64,000 nt of DNA from Syncephalis fuscata S228 (lineage: Eukaryota; Fungi; Zoopagomycota): positions 1 through 64,000 of the forward strand of contig JAHLTZ010000061.1 in assembly GCA_025786725.1 (NCBI GenBank), in the 5' to 3' direction. Made by a program: the position numbers and the translations under genes. Below the pieces are notes generated by a model. It was not told where the DNA came from and ran no database searches. It saw only the letters and a program-made list of their open reading frames with translations. Positions 40,145 through 53,075 of this stretch are shown piece by piece (positions within the stretch are counted from its first letter, which is position 1; each line of letters opens with the position of its first letter).

Positions 40145-43100
40145 TTAAAAGATCATTTCGCGTTGATTCTTTTTGATAACGCTATCGAGTTGATCTTTAA
40201 CGACCATCTCTTCTTCACGAGCCTTGGCCAATTCTCGTTCCAACTCTTCAACTGTACGGGCAGTTCTAGGTGGACCATGAATAGAAGCATTAGAAGGTGG
40301 CGGAGAGCAGTACTATTGGACGGTGGCAGTAAAGTATCCGTCACTTGTCCATATTGCTCATGCTGTTGTTGTTGTTGTAATTCAGGTGCACTTGTCCATC
40401 CTAGTGTTTCAAGTAATTTATCACGAGCAGCAGTAGAGAATGGCATATCATTTGGTGACAGGGCAGTTGATGGTGCCGTAAATAAATGAGGTGAATTGGA
40501 CAATGCTCGTTGAGCTGATCGTACCAATTGATTAATCACAGTTGGATCTAAACCCAATCGATGTGATTCATCGATATTATGGTTAGCATTATTAAGCATG
40601 GTAGCAGTAGCAGCGGCCACTAGTGGATCATGCCCATTACTATGTAGTAATTGCTGTTCTTGAGACAATGGATAGAATGCTTCTAGTACGGCTGATGATA
40701 TCTCTTCATTAGATGTTAATAAATGATGATCATTTGGAAAAGGTAGCGATATGGTTGTAGATGGTGTCGATGTCGATGTCGATGTTGTAGGTGGTGGTGG
40801 TGGTGGAAAGGCTAATGAACGTAGACCGGGTGCCATATTTGATTTAGATAGAGCCAATGCCTCAAACATTGAAATGGCCGCTTCAAAGTTGGCATTCACT
40901 TGAACAGATTCATGATCAGATACTGAAGATATAGATGCTGTATTGAATACTGTATTTGCTACTGTTGATGGATCAATGTTAGATTGAATAACATCATCTT
41001 GAACCGAATTGGATGTTGTCTCTTCAGTAGATTTAACTATAGATCGTTTAGTTGATTTAGTTAAAGATGATTTAGATTTACGTTCCTCCTCTTCTTGTTG
41101 CTGTTGCTGTTTCTTTCTACTGGCTGCCAATTCTGCTGCTGCTGCTGCTGCCGCCGCTCTTCTTTTAGCCTTTTTACTCATCTTGCCCGTATCACTCATC
41201 GTAGATGTTGTTGTACTCGTAGATGATTCTACTTGAGGACATGGTGCCACTACTTTACCTCTACGTTCAGGTACATTTGCTATATTCTTTTTATGTTTAT
41301 CAACTACTATTTGTTCATCTTCTTCATCTCCATCTTCTTCATCTCCATCCCCTTCATCTTCATCTTCATCTTGTTGTTCATCTTGTTCTTCACCTACCAC
41401 TTGCTGCTTATCTTTATTCTCTTGACTGTCATCTACTAAATGATTCAATCTCTCTTTTCCATCTACAATACTATTCATCATTTCTTGTTTCTCTTCATTT
41501 ATAGATGGTTGTTGTTGAATATCTATTAATGATCCTTCTGGTCTCTCATTCATAACATTTAATGGATCCATATTAGTTGAATGATCTAATCGGTTCTGAT
41601 TCATCATCATCATCATCATCATCATTGGTGTAGTCTCGTTGTTTATGCCAAGTGGTAATCCATGACTTCTTAAATGCATTTCCCGTTCTATATTTAACAT
41701 ATCATATCCATAGGTAATGAATTGGGAGGTATATTAATTGGTAGATTATTAGGCGGAATCCACCATTAGGACCATTCATATTAGTGTTCATATTAATGTT
41801 CATATTAGTATTAGTTAACAAGTTGTCATAGAATGGTGGTGGTGGTGGTGGTATACCTAATGGTAATAGGGGGGATTATTAGATGGTGGTGGTGGTGGTG
41901 GTACTAGATTGTGTAGATTAGAATAACCTTGTTGATGATGCTGATGATGTTGACTGTGATTATTATGACCATTTAATAAATTAGGATGTCCATTTAATTG
42001 ATGGTTATGAGATGAAGACATTAGATGAGATTCTAATGGAGGCTGATGATCTATATTATGTTATAGTGTATTAGTATTTATTTGTTAGTATTTATAGTAT
42101 TTATAGTATTTATAGTATTACCAATATTGTTATTGTTATTAACAGCAGTATTTATAGCATTTGGATTGCGATTAATATTAGCTGCACCAAATAGATTCAA
42201 TAAAGAAACACTTTGTTCTGGTGGAGGTGGTGGCAATGATAATGACGGTAATGGTGGGGTTGATATATGATCAGATCCTATTAAATAATAAATAATGTAA
42301 CAGGTTATTAATCTAATAGGTTATTATTAATCTATTAATATTTACCAGATACTTGTTCAAATACGCGTAATCGACGTCCAGGTAATTGAGAAGGTGATCC
42401 ATTATCCATTCTACCACGTGATGCTATAATGGCTGGATCTTGCCATCCATTACCATTTGTATTATGATTATTATTGACAGTATTAAGAGGATTGTTGGTT
42501 GTTGGTTGTTATCCATCATCATATTCATCATTAAAGGTAAATGAGAAGGTAATGGTGGTGGATGTGGTGGATGGGATAGTGAATGTGGTGGATGTGGATA
42601 ATTAGATGGATCTTGATGATAATTCATTGGATGATTTAATGGTCCCATTGGATCATCCATTGGTAATTGTGGTTCATTATCTATTTAATAAAATTTAATA
42701 TAGTTTAATATATTATATATTATATTATATATATTATATATATTATATTATATAAATGTTATAACTTACTGTGGAGTGGGTGTGATGGTTGAGAGGCAGC
42801 TGCTTTAAGAATCCATTTAAAAAGTCTTGGGCACTTACACCATTACCATTGCCATTAGTATTTTCCATTATATTCTTCTCTTCTAACTTTAATTGATTTG
42901 GATATCCATTAAATTGATTAAATAGATTCAAACCATTATTAGATAGATTAGATAAATGAGGTGGTAATGGTTGTTGTTGTTGTTGATGATGGTATGATGT
43001 GGGTGTGGATGCGGATACGGTGACTGTTGTTGTTGTATGTTGTTGTTGTTGTTGTTGTGACATATTTCTCATCCATAATGGATTATGTCGTGGATCTTGT

Positions 43101-45554
43101 TCATGTAAAGTGTGTAGATTTGGTTGTTGTTGTTGTTGTTGATGTAATAATGGTTGATTTAAATGATTCATAGGTCCATTATGATGTTGATTGAATGGCA
43201 GTGAAGGTAATGGCGGTTGTGGTGCTTGTGGTTGTTGTTGTGGTGATGACATCCAAGTAGGCGATGTATTTGCTGGTTGAGAGGGACTATTACTAGTATT
43301 ATTGCCAGTGTTACTATCTGATATAGATTGTGCAAATCTAAATCTAGATGTTTCTCTTGGTGGTCCATATGGATGTCGTAAATGTTCACGATGTAACATG
43401 GCATTCTGATTAGCAGTTATTGATGGTGGTGGTGTTTGTTGTTGTTGTTGTTGTTGTTGTAACTGTGGAGATGCACCACCCATCATAACATCTAATAATG
43501 GATGTATTGGAGGCTGTCCATTTAATAATGGAGGTGTAGAAGAGACTGTTGGTCGATGATTAGGTAATAATGATGCTAATAATGATCCACTAAGATCCAA
43601 TGCCGGTGATTGATTGGCTGAATGGTGTTGATGTTGATGTGGTAATTGATGTTGCTGTGATTCACCTGTAAATGGATTAAAGTTACCAGCATATCCTAGA
43701 TGATTTAATTTATCTTCATTAGATCTATGGAATGGATGTAAATGTGGATAACGTTGTTGTTGTTGTTGCAATTGCTGTTGTTGTTGTTGTTGTTGTTGTT
43801 GCTGTAGCTGTAGCTGTTGTTGTTGTTGTTGTTGTAACTGTTGTTGTAACTGCTGTTGCTGGTGCTGTTGCAATTGTTGTTGCAACTGGTGTTGTTGTTG
43901 TTGTTGTGCTGGTGGTAGTGTTGGATGAGGACTGGAATGAACTAGTGCATTGCCTACTAGATTCTGTAATAGAGATGGTGACCATGTTGCATTATTTAAA
44001 GGTATTTGAGAAGGAATAGTTGAAGGTGATGCTTTAGATGACAAAATCGATGTATTTGTTGTTGTGTGATGATCAGTAAAACGAAGTGCAGAAAGAATAT
44101 CAAGTTCTGATGCCATTTGATTTGCATTAACATTTGAATTTGTTGTTTCTATCATTTCAACCATTGAATTAATAGACGTGTTGTTATTATTATTATTAAG
44201 GGCCTGTTGTATGCGTTCATGCTCTAATCGTTCAGAATGTATGCGTTCTTGTTCAATTTGCTTCTCTATTTCCTTTTGTTTCTCTGCCTCTATGCGCTGC
44301 TGTTCTGCTTCTTCTTTTAAGCGTTGTTGTGCCTCTGCCTCTTCTATTAGTCGCTGTTGTCGTTCTGCTGCTTCTGCTTCAGCCAGTTCCTTTAATCGCT
44401 GTTGCTCTTTGGCTTCCATTTCCTTTTGCTGTCGTTCTTGTTCAAGCCTTTCTTGTTCAAGTCGTTCTGCTTCCAGTCGTTGTTTTTCTGCCTCTCGTTC
44501 TTTAAGTATACGCTCCTCTTCTAATTGGCGGGCCTTTTCTTTTTCGCGTTCTACTTCTTTTAAACGAAGTCGTTCTTTTTCAGCTTGGCGTTGACGTTCT
44601 CGTTCTAGATCTTGTAGACGGGCCCGTTCTCTTTCTTCTTTAAGCCGTTGTTGGCGTTCTTTTTCCTTTACTTGTTCCAATAGTGCTTGACGAGTACGTT
44701 CTCTTTCTCTTTCGCGTTCAAGTAGAATCTGCTTCTGTCGTTGTATTTCTCGTTCGCGTGCCAGTTGTCGTTCGCGTGCTTCTTGTCGTTCACGTATTTC
44801 TTGGCGGGTCTTTGCCTCTAAACGTTCACGGGCCAGTTGTCGTTCATGGGCCAGTTGTCGTTCACGCGCCTCTTCTCGTTCACGGTTTAACTGAGCCTGG
44901 CGTGCTTCTTCTTTGGCCTTTGCCTCTTGACGTTCCTGTTCTTCACGTTCAAGTTGTAGTTGGCGTTCGCGTTCAAGACGTTCTTGTCGTTCTTGTATTG
45001 CGGCTTGTTCAGCCTCTCGTTTGGCCTTACGCAGTTCAGCAACCGTCATAGGTGGAGGGAATGCTTCACGTGGTGGTCCTGAATACGGATCAGTAGCCGA
45101 GAATGACGTAGACATTGGCGAAGTGGCAAATGGCGATGTTACAGTTTTGGCATCGCTTTTTGCTTCTGGTAATCGTTCTTTACTTTTACGTGCCATATCT
45201 GGATCGTTTTCTTTATCCTTTCGTTTATTTGAAGAGGAAATGGGCATAGGAGTGATTGATAATGCTGCTGGCGGTGTTGATGGTGTATTATCAGTACGTG
45301 GACGTGCCCATGATGCAGTAGCCGGTAGTGCTGATGCTATTATATTATGTTAGATTATATTATGTTAGTAATTATTAAATTAAATATTATTAATCTAATT
45401 TACCTTCTTGTTCACGTAATTCACGTTCAGTCATTTGAACACCAAGGATTTGACGTGGTCTAACATTAGATGCACTATTCGAACGTGACATAAGACCTGG
45501 CCGTAATGATGTCTGCTCAAAGAACGCTGGATGATCACGTAGATTGGGTCTATA

Positions 45555-45585
<31 letters not shown>

Positions 45586-46667
45586 AAGTTACTAATATTA
45601 AGTATATAGATCTACTATAACTTACCGTAATGGTCCAAGCCCGTGTAAACTATTGGGATTGGCTACTTCATCCTTAGCATAAGCATCTTCATCTGCTGCT
45701 AGTTCGTGCAGATACATGCAGCCTGGACTTTGACATGGCAAGTTACGAAGGAAATTGGCACAGTATTTAGTTGTACCAAATGCCGCACTGTACAGTATTG
45801 TAATAAGTAAAATACTCCATTGTAGTCATTAACACAAATAACTACTTACCGAAGTGTACGGCCATCAAATCGACTGCCATCAACAGCCTGTACACATTGT
45901 GCAGCTGCGTCTTTACTTGAAAAGGTAACATAAACGCCTAATCCACCACTCGGATGCACTTGACGATGATTAATAACAAGTTTGGCTATTTTGCCAAACT
46001 GTCCAAAAAAGTCTGGTCCACGTAATGTCTAGAATACAGTAGCAATTACTACACTGCTATACAAATGACTAAACTACTTACTTCTTCATTGGCCACGCGT
46101 GGACTAAGACCAATAATATAGACGAGACTGCGCTGAACAACTCGTGCACCGGCCAGATTGCGTCGACTATTGGCCTCGGTCTCTTTCTTTGCTTGTTCGC
46201 GGGCCCGCTTCTCTTGTTTAATACGGTTAATCTCATCTTTTGACAATGGCTTGAATTCGACCGTTTCATCAGAATATGGCCGACGACAGGCCGGACATAA
46301 CCCATTTAGATTCTGTTTTATATGATTCCAACAGAAGCCGCAAATCTATCATACATAAAGAGCAGCGATTATTAGCGATTAGTTAGTTAATAGTTGACAG
46401 AATGTAGTAGAGTTAGATGAGTCGTTTGACAACGCGTAAATTCACCTGCAATGGCTTGTGCGGATGTATGCATAGAAATAGCTGTAAAGCCACTTTTTAA
46501 ACGTATATCCAAACGCACACTCGCCATCTATGTAATGCATATATCTAAACTAATCTATAGCGATTACTACTTACACGATAGCCACACGCACAAGGCTTGA
46601 AGTTACGATCCATAATATGAATCTCTTCAAGACATAGTGGGCATTCGGTATCCTCTTCGTCCGACAT
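40145..46667 (-). CDS. NOT4: CCR4-NOT E3 ligase Not4 (RING-RRM-CCCH) with very long low-complexity C-terminus
   Basis: CPLCLEE..DRNFKPCACGYR|ICGFCWNHI...CPACRRPY, RVVQRSLVYIIGL, FFGQFGKI, FGTTKYC...CMYLHE, SRFRFA motif; several frameshifts in the tail. Confidence 0.93.
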
Positions 46668-47401
46668 GATAGTAACAATCACGGTACAGCCGGCCTCTTG
46701 CTTTATTAAAATGTAAAAAATAAGACTTTGCGCTAGTATATAGTCGCGAAGTAAGAAAAGGAGAGGAATCCGATGCGTGGATACCCTTTTAACAAAAAAA
46801 ACAAGTTGAAAGGATGCCGTATAGCGTAGCTGGAGTGAGTAAATGAGTGAGTGAGTGAGTTGAATAGATAGTTCAAAAGAAAGAGTGTACGATTGGTTGG
46901 TTGGTTTGGTTAAAGGGTCACTCGATCAAAGTAAAAAGTAGATCGCCAGTAAATAATCAGTAGATTAAGTTGGAATAAACGACAAAGATGAACTATCGTC
47001 GTTGCTGTGTGAGGTATAATCAATCAGTTAATGAGAAAGCGTATGTGAGAGTAAAAGAAAGAGAGTGATGAATAGAAAGAAGAAGGGAGACACTTCTTAG
47101 TACAGCTATAGGATATATGCATACTACAATGCCATACTGGACATGAAATTGATATTCTCATTAAACTGCGTGATACATACAATGTGCATACAATGTGTGT
47201 GTGTGTGTGTGTGTGTGCGTATTTGTGCATTTGAAATATTGATCCCATCAACTAAGAAATTAACACAATTTAAATTCAGTTATTTTAATACATTAAACTA
47301 ACTACTAATATTTACTAATAATTGATGGGTTGATCGTTTATTAATTGCTAATGCAGTGTATTATTATCAATCATTCATAATAATCCACAGTGCCTAGTCA
47401 A

Positions 47402-48942
47402 TTAAGCAGATGAAGTGGCAGCCATGTAAAAGTGAATGGACCCATCTTCACCGGCTGATACAAATCGTTTGCCATCCTCATTCCATGCTACAGACCAGAC
47501 CTTTAAATAAAGTATCTATTAGTTATGACTCTGTAGTAGTACTGGCCACTTACTGTGTCTTGATGTTCTTGTATCGTGTCAACGCATTGTCTTGCGCCCA
47601 AATCCCATACCTTAACCTTTCGATCGGTTGATCCACTTACAAGCTGTTGACCTGTACCGGCACATTGCAGTGTAGTAACCCAGCCTTGATGACCAGCCAG
47701 TGATGCTATTCTATTACCATGTCGACTATAATAGATGCCACTATTAGTACAATGGACATTAGTGATGGCACTGTTACCTACGCATCATATAAATGTATTC
47801 TTTGATCATCTGATCCAGTACATAGTAGACCGGATTCTGCATCAAATGTAATGGCTCGTACAGGCTTTGTATGATCTATTAATGCATATTACATAGCATT
47901 AGAGACAATTAGTCAATTGTATCTCTAATTAATCTAATGACTACCTTCAAACGAGTAAAGTAAACGTGACGATTGCACTTCCCATACTTGTACCGCACCA
48001 CTTTCTGTTCCACAAGCAACCATACTACCATCAGCACTCTGTAATTAAAAGCATATAAGTTATGGATCTATCTACAATACATATACTATATACTATATAA
48101 TAGATAGATATAATAGATAGATATAAAGGATACGTAGGCTAGTGACATGCCAAACTTTCCTTTGCCTTCAAGTGTCGCTAATAGTTCACCATTGTCGGTC
48201 TGCCATAAATGAATGGCTCCAGTACGTGAAGTGGCAGCAATTTGTACAGCATCTGGTGAGAAACGAGCACACCAAGCTTCTCCTAAATATAAATATAAGT
48301 ATAAATATTTAAAAAGTTAAATAGTCAATAGTATCGTATTATCAATATTACCTGGACCGGCTTCAATGGTTCGTTGTAATCTACCTTCATTGACATCATA
48401 AATACGTAATTTATGATCCATACTAGTACTCAATGCAGCTATAACATATTAGATTAGATTAATCATATAACCTATCATGTTACTTACTAGTGCCTGTATG
48501 ATTAACATCCACACTAACAATGGCCAGTAGCGCATCTTTCCATTCATGCTGTAACTTTCCATCAATAGCATTCCTAGTTATTAATATATTAATACAAAGT
48601 TAATAGATTATATAATAACCTACCAACAACGTACTACTTGATCAACACCACCCGATATAATAGCGTTATTTGGATTATACCAGGCCACCGACCATACACC
48701 ATCCTCATGCGCTATTCAAATAGATATATTAATGGATATATTAACAGTATTGTCGTTAGTATTGTCGTTAGTATTGACGTGGCTTTAATCATTGGTATAT
48801 AGTCTATGACTTCTACCTTTTTCTACGGTTCGTTCCGATAAATATTGAACAATAGAAGTTGGCTATTTAGATATAATATACACGTAATATAAATATAAAT
48901 ATAAATACAAGTTACAGTTGAATATAAATAAACACTTGCCAT
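47402..48942 (-). CDS. SKI8: WD40 protein Ski8/Rec14/WDR61
   Basis: AHEDGVWSVAW, SSTMDHKLRIYD, IEAGPGEAW, GKFGMSLAY|SADG, LAGHQGWV, VWSVAWN; ATG-only first exon. Confidence 0.9.
48039..48133 (-). other. U12-type (minor spliceosome) GT-AG intron in SKI8
   Basis: 5' site GTATCCTTT; branch-like TCCATAAC at 48059-48066; removal joins ..SLAY|SADG.. in frame. Confidence 0.8.
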
Positions 48943-49088
48943 ACTGATTCAATGAAAATAAACGAGTAAAAGGAAAGAGTTTATTGAATTCAGTATGTTT
49001 ATAGAATACAAGTATTACTTTTCTTTTGTTATTTACTATTACTATTCTACTGTTATAGTATCAACGCTACTATAGAACAGTCTATACC

Positions 49089-52000
49089 ATGTCACACTCT
49101 TCTGCTGGCGGTCATCGTTCAGACCGTGTACCAATGCGCCCACTACGAGTTAACGACGACGTGGATGGTGAAGACGGAGAGGAGAACGAAGACTTGACTG
49201 TCTATACCGCCAATGACCGTAATACCTATATCCATGTTGAAGATCACGATGACAGCAGTGTTGACGAAGGCTTATTCGACGACGACGACAACGACGACGA
49301 CTTCTTCGATCCTGGTATGTCTACACGGCCAAAGAATCGATTATCGCATCGAATAAATACCGATACAGTGACGCGACCATGGCAATCGTTAAAGCAGCGC
49401 GGCGTACAACGTTCCTGTCTGGCAGGCTGTGCTTATTATTTAGACGAGACAGACCGTGGTCCTATCGAGAACGTTTATTACTAGCAGTGGCTGCCATTCT
49501 ACTAGTAGCCTTTATTATTGTAATAGCTATACTACTAGCGAGTACACAATCAGCACCAGTTGATACTAAACAAATAGACACAACAGTGAAAACACACGAG
49601 GTAACCAATTAAAAGTATTTAAGTATTTATTAATTATAATGTAGTTTAATAATCAAACGGCCTGTCAAACGAAAGCTTGTTTAGAAACAGCAGCTGAATT
49701 GCTGTTGGATATGAACACCACTGTCGATCCATGTACCGACTTTTATGCCTATGCTTGTGATGGATGGATAACCAATAATCCACTGCCAGATTCAAAGTCT
49801 AGATTGACCCGATTCGATGTATTACATAAGAAGAATAGAGCTATTGTTAGAACAATACTTGAAGGAGATCAGTCGCCACTTAGGACATCTAATGAATCAA
49901 CAGAAGTCATTGCTGCAGATGCGCGTAATCTAGATCGATTACGTGTGGTGTATCGGGCCTGTGCTAATGATGCTCAAGTGGATAGTCGACGTACTGTGCC
50001 AATACGTAATTTATTAGCGGTAGCCAAGAAGCCATTTAGCGGTATAAGTAAGTCGACGGATAGTAGACTGTAGTCATCTAATACTCTAACGATAGATGAG
50101 AATTCAACGACACCTGAAGCATTGGCACAAGGACTGGCTCATTTATCAGTAATTGGTATTGAAGGACCATTGGCCTGGGATGCAGAGATTGATGCCAAGA
50201 ATTCGACACAGTATATTATGCGATTCCATCAATCGGGCATTGGTCTTAGTGATACGGGTGCTTATCGTCGACCGGCCGCCATTAGTTCCTACAAGTATCA
50301 AATAGCTCGACTATTTGCGCGTATTCTTAACGATATGCCTGGTGAAAATGTGAATGAAATTGAGCCATGGGTACGCGATGCGAGTCAGTTAGTGGCAGAT
50401 TTTGAAGTAGAACTGGCCAGTCGATTTATGTCACAGTAAGTCTGTTGGATTTGCTAATTAAGCCGCTAATCTATTGTGTAGGACCGATAAAGATGATCCG
50501 GATAAGAGTTATCATGCTATGACATTAGGCGAATTGGCCGATATTATACCATCAGTGGATATAGTTGTATTTATAAAGACCCTCCAAGATGAATTTATAG
50601 ATAACTCTATTGGCGAATCTAGTCGTAGAAAGTTACTCGACCCATTACCGAAGATTAATCGAGATACGATTATTACTGTGGCTTCTGTAGAGTATATCAA
50701 AAGCTTGGAAGAGTTACTAAAGAAGACACCGCCCATGACATTGCATTGGTATTTGCTATGGCGCGTTATTGTCACTTTTGGTGATTCATTGGATGCAGAA
50801 ACGGCCCTACTTGTACGGGAACTTGGTGCCCTAGTGAGTGGTGTTCATTCAAAGATAGAAGCACGTCGACAAGACTGTATTACATGGATAGAGAATGAAT
50901 TCTCGCCACTAATAGGCCGTTATTTTGTTATGCAGCAACTATCAGGCAAGTAGAAGGTGTAGTTATTGGCATTGAATAGCTAATTATTGGAGCAGATAAG
51001 GCACTTGAGACGGTGCAGAATTTGACGGAGCAGTTACGCGATTCGTTTGTTACACGGGCCCGTGAACTTGACTGGCTTGATAATGATACACGCGATAAGG
51101 CAATTGAAAAGGTATGGTCAATATAGATATGGCAAAACTATTTACTAATGCTATGATATGAATAGGCCCATTTAATGACGTTAAAGATTGGTGCGCCTAG
51201 TTATCCCGATACGCGTTCGGCGATTGATTTGAATGCTTATTATGAAGCATTTCCAATGAATGTAACACATCATTTTGAGAATGCCGTGGCCATTCAAAAG
51301 TTTGAGAAGCGACGGCAATATATGAGTTGAATCGTGGGGTGCACCAAGGAGAATGGACTATGCCTGCATCAAGTGTTAATATGTACTATGTAAGTACTAT
51401 GTTATTGCATTAATGTGTTCTAATATGTGGCATGATAGTCTCGTTCTCGTAACTCTATTGTAGTGCCAGCAGGTAATTAATTAACACAGTAAAAGTGAAT
51501 TATGATATATATATATTATTATTATTATTGTTATAGGTATTTTACAGTCACCATTTTATGATGAAAGGCATGCGGATTATTTTAGTTATGGATCATTGGG
51601 CATGTTTATTGCCCATGAATTATCGGTAAGTGTACTGTGTTAGGATACTTGTCTATTTATTAAACTATTTGTAGCATGCATTTGATAATCAAGGACGTAA
51701 ATATGATGGTAAAGGTCTATATAGGGATGTAAGTAAAGTAATAAGTGTTGGTTAATGTATTAATATATATATATATATATATTATGATTAGTGGTGGTCA
51801 CAAAAGACCAAGAATAGATTTGAAGAAAAGGCCAGCTGTTTCTCGGCACAATATGCTCGTTATACAATTGATGGACCGGATGGAGCTCGATTAAGAATTA
51901 ATGGCAAATTAACACTAGCTGAGATTATGGCCGGTAAGTTTATATATTGGATATTTACTATTAATTTATTAATTACTTTATTACTACGATTGATTTTACT

Positions 52001-52439
52001 ATTAGATAATACGGGGTAAGTTGGTGTATTTGTTAATATATATATCTATATATTCATTGATGTAACAATACTTTATAGTTTAAGTCAGGCTTATCGAGCA
52101 TGGCAAACGGCAGTAAATAATAAGACGTTAATAACTAAAGCGGAAATGCTGCCTGGATTCCCGAATGAAGCAACACACGAACAATTATTCTTTCTTAATT
52201 TTGGTCGATCGTTTTGCAATGTTATTCGACCGGAACATGCGCTAGAACGTGTAAGTAATACCAGAATAGGACGATAGTAGTATAAACTAATATTTGTTGA
52301 CTAGATTCACACTGATACACATCCACCTATGAAGCATCGGGTCAATGGAGCACTTAAAAACAATCAGCAGTTTGCCGATGCCTACCAATGTGCAAGTGGA
52401 TCACCAATGAATCCTGTCAAAAAGTGCCAGTTATGGTAA
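49089..52439 (+). CDS. M13 metallopeptidase (neprilysin/endothelin-converting enzyme-like), type II membrane protein
   Basis: TM helix, DPCTDFYAYACDGW, VNMYY, PAGILQSPFY, HELS|HAFD, EIMAD, THPP..RVNG, C..GSPMNP.KKCQLW*. Confidence 0.93.
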
Positions 52440-53075
52440 TCGGTATTGTTTAATAAATATAGTATTAGCACTTATTATGTAATTATTAATATATATATAT
52501 ATGTATGTATGTATGTATATATTAATTGACACAACTAGTAGCTATCAAATTTTAACTAGAATTAATAATTTAAAATGTATATTCAATTGAACTCGTAGTA
52601 ATATAATATGCTTTACTAATAACTGATTAAATATACAGCTTGTTTTTTAACTTTTTATTTTTGTTATTTATTCATTACCCCACTCTATTGTTACCATATT
52701 TAGTAATACAAATTATTGATTTTTCTCACGATTCTATACATTGAATGAGACTATATGACATGACAATAAATAAATAGTAATCATATTTAAACAGCTTCTA
52801 TATTTTTTACTTATTTAATATAACTTTATTATTGCTAAACAGATAAAAGAAAGTAATAATTTGACACAAACATCCACTATACTATAGTCATAGATAGTCG
52901 ATTATAAAAAGAGGGATAATAGTTTAACAAATCACTAGCCATGTTATTTGATATCCATTGCCTTATGAATTGTCAACTTAATCAACCACTATCTATGACT
53001 TATAATGAATTAATACTTATTAAACATATTATATAGATGTTTAATGTTTAATCAACGCATAGAATAGCGTGTTCA

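Noticed and set aside
43168-45353. Long antisense and alternate-frame ORFs (poly-V, poly-T, poly-C/S) over NOT4, SPT6 and CDC45
   Set aside because: Shadows of trinucleotide-repeat coding sequence on the real strand.
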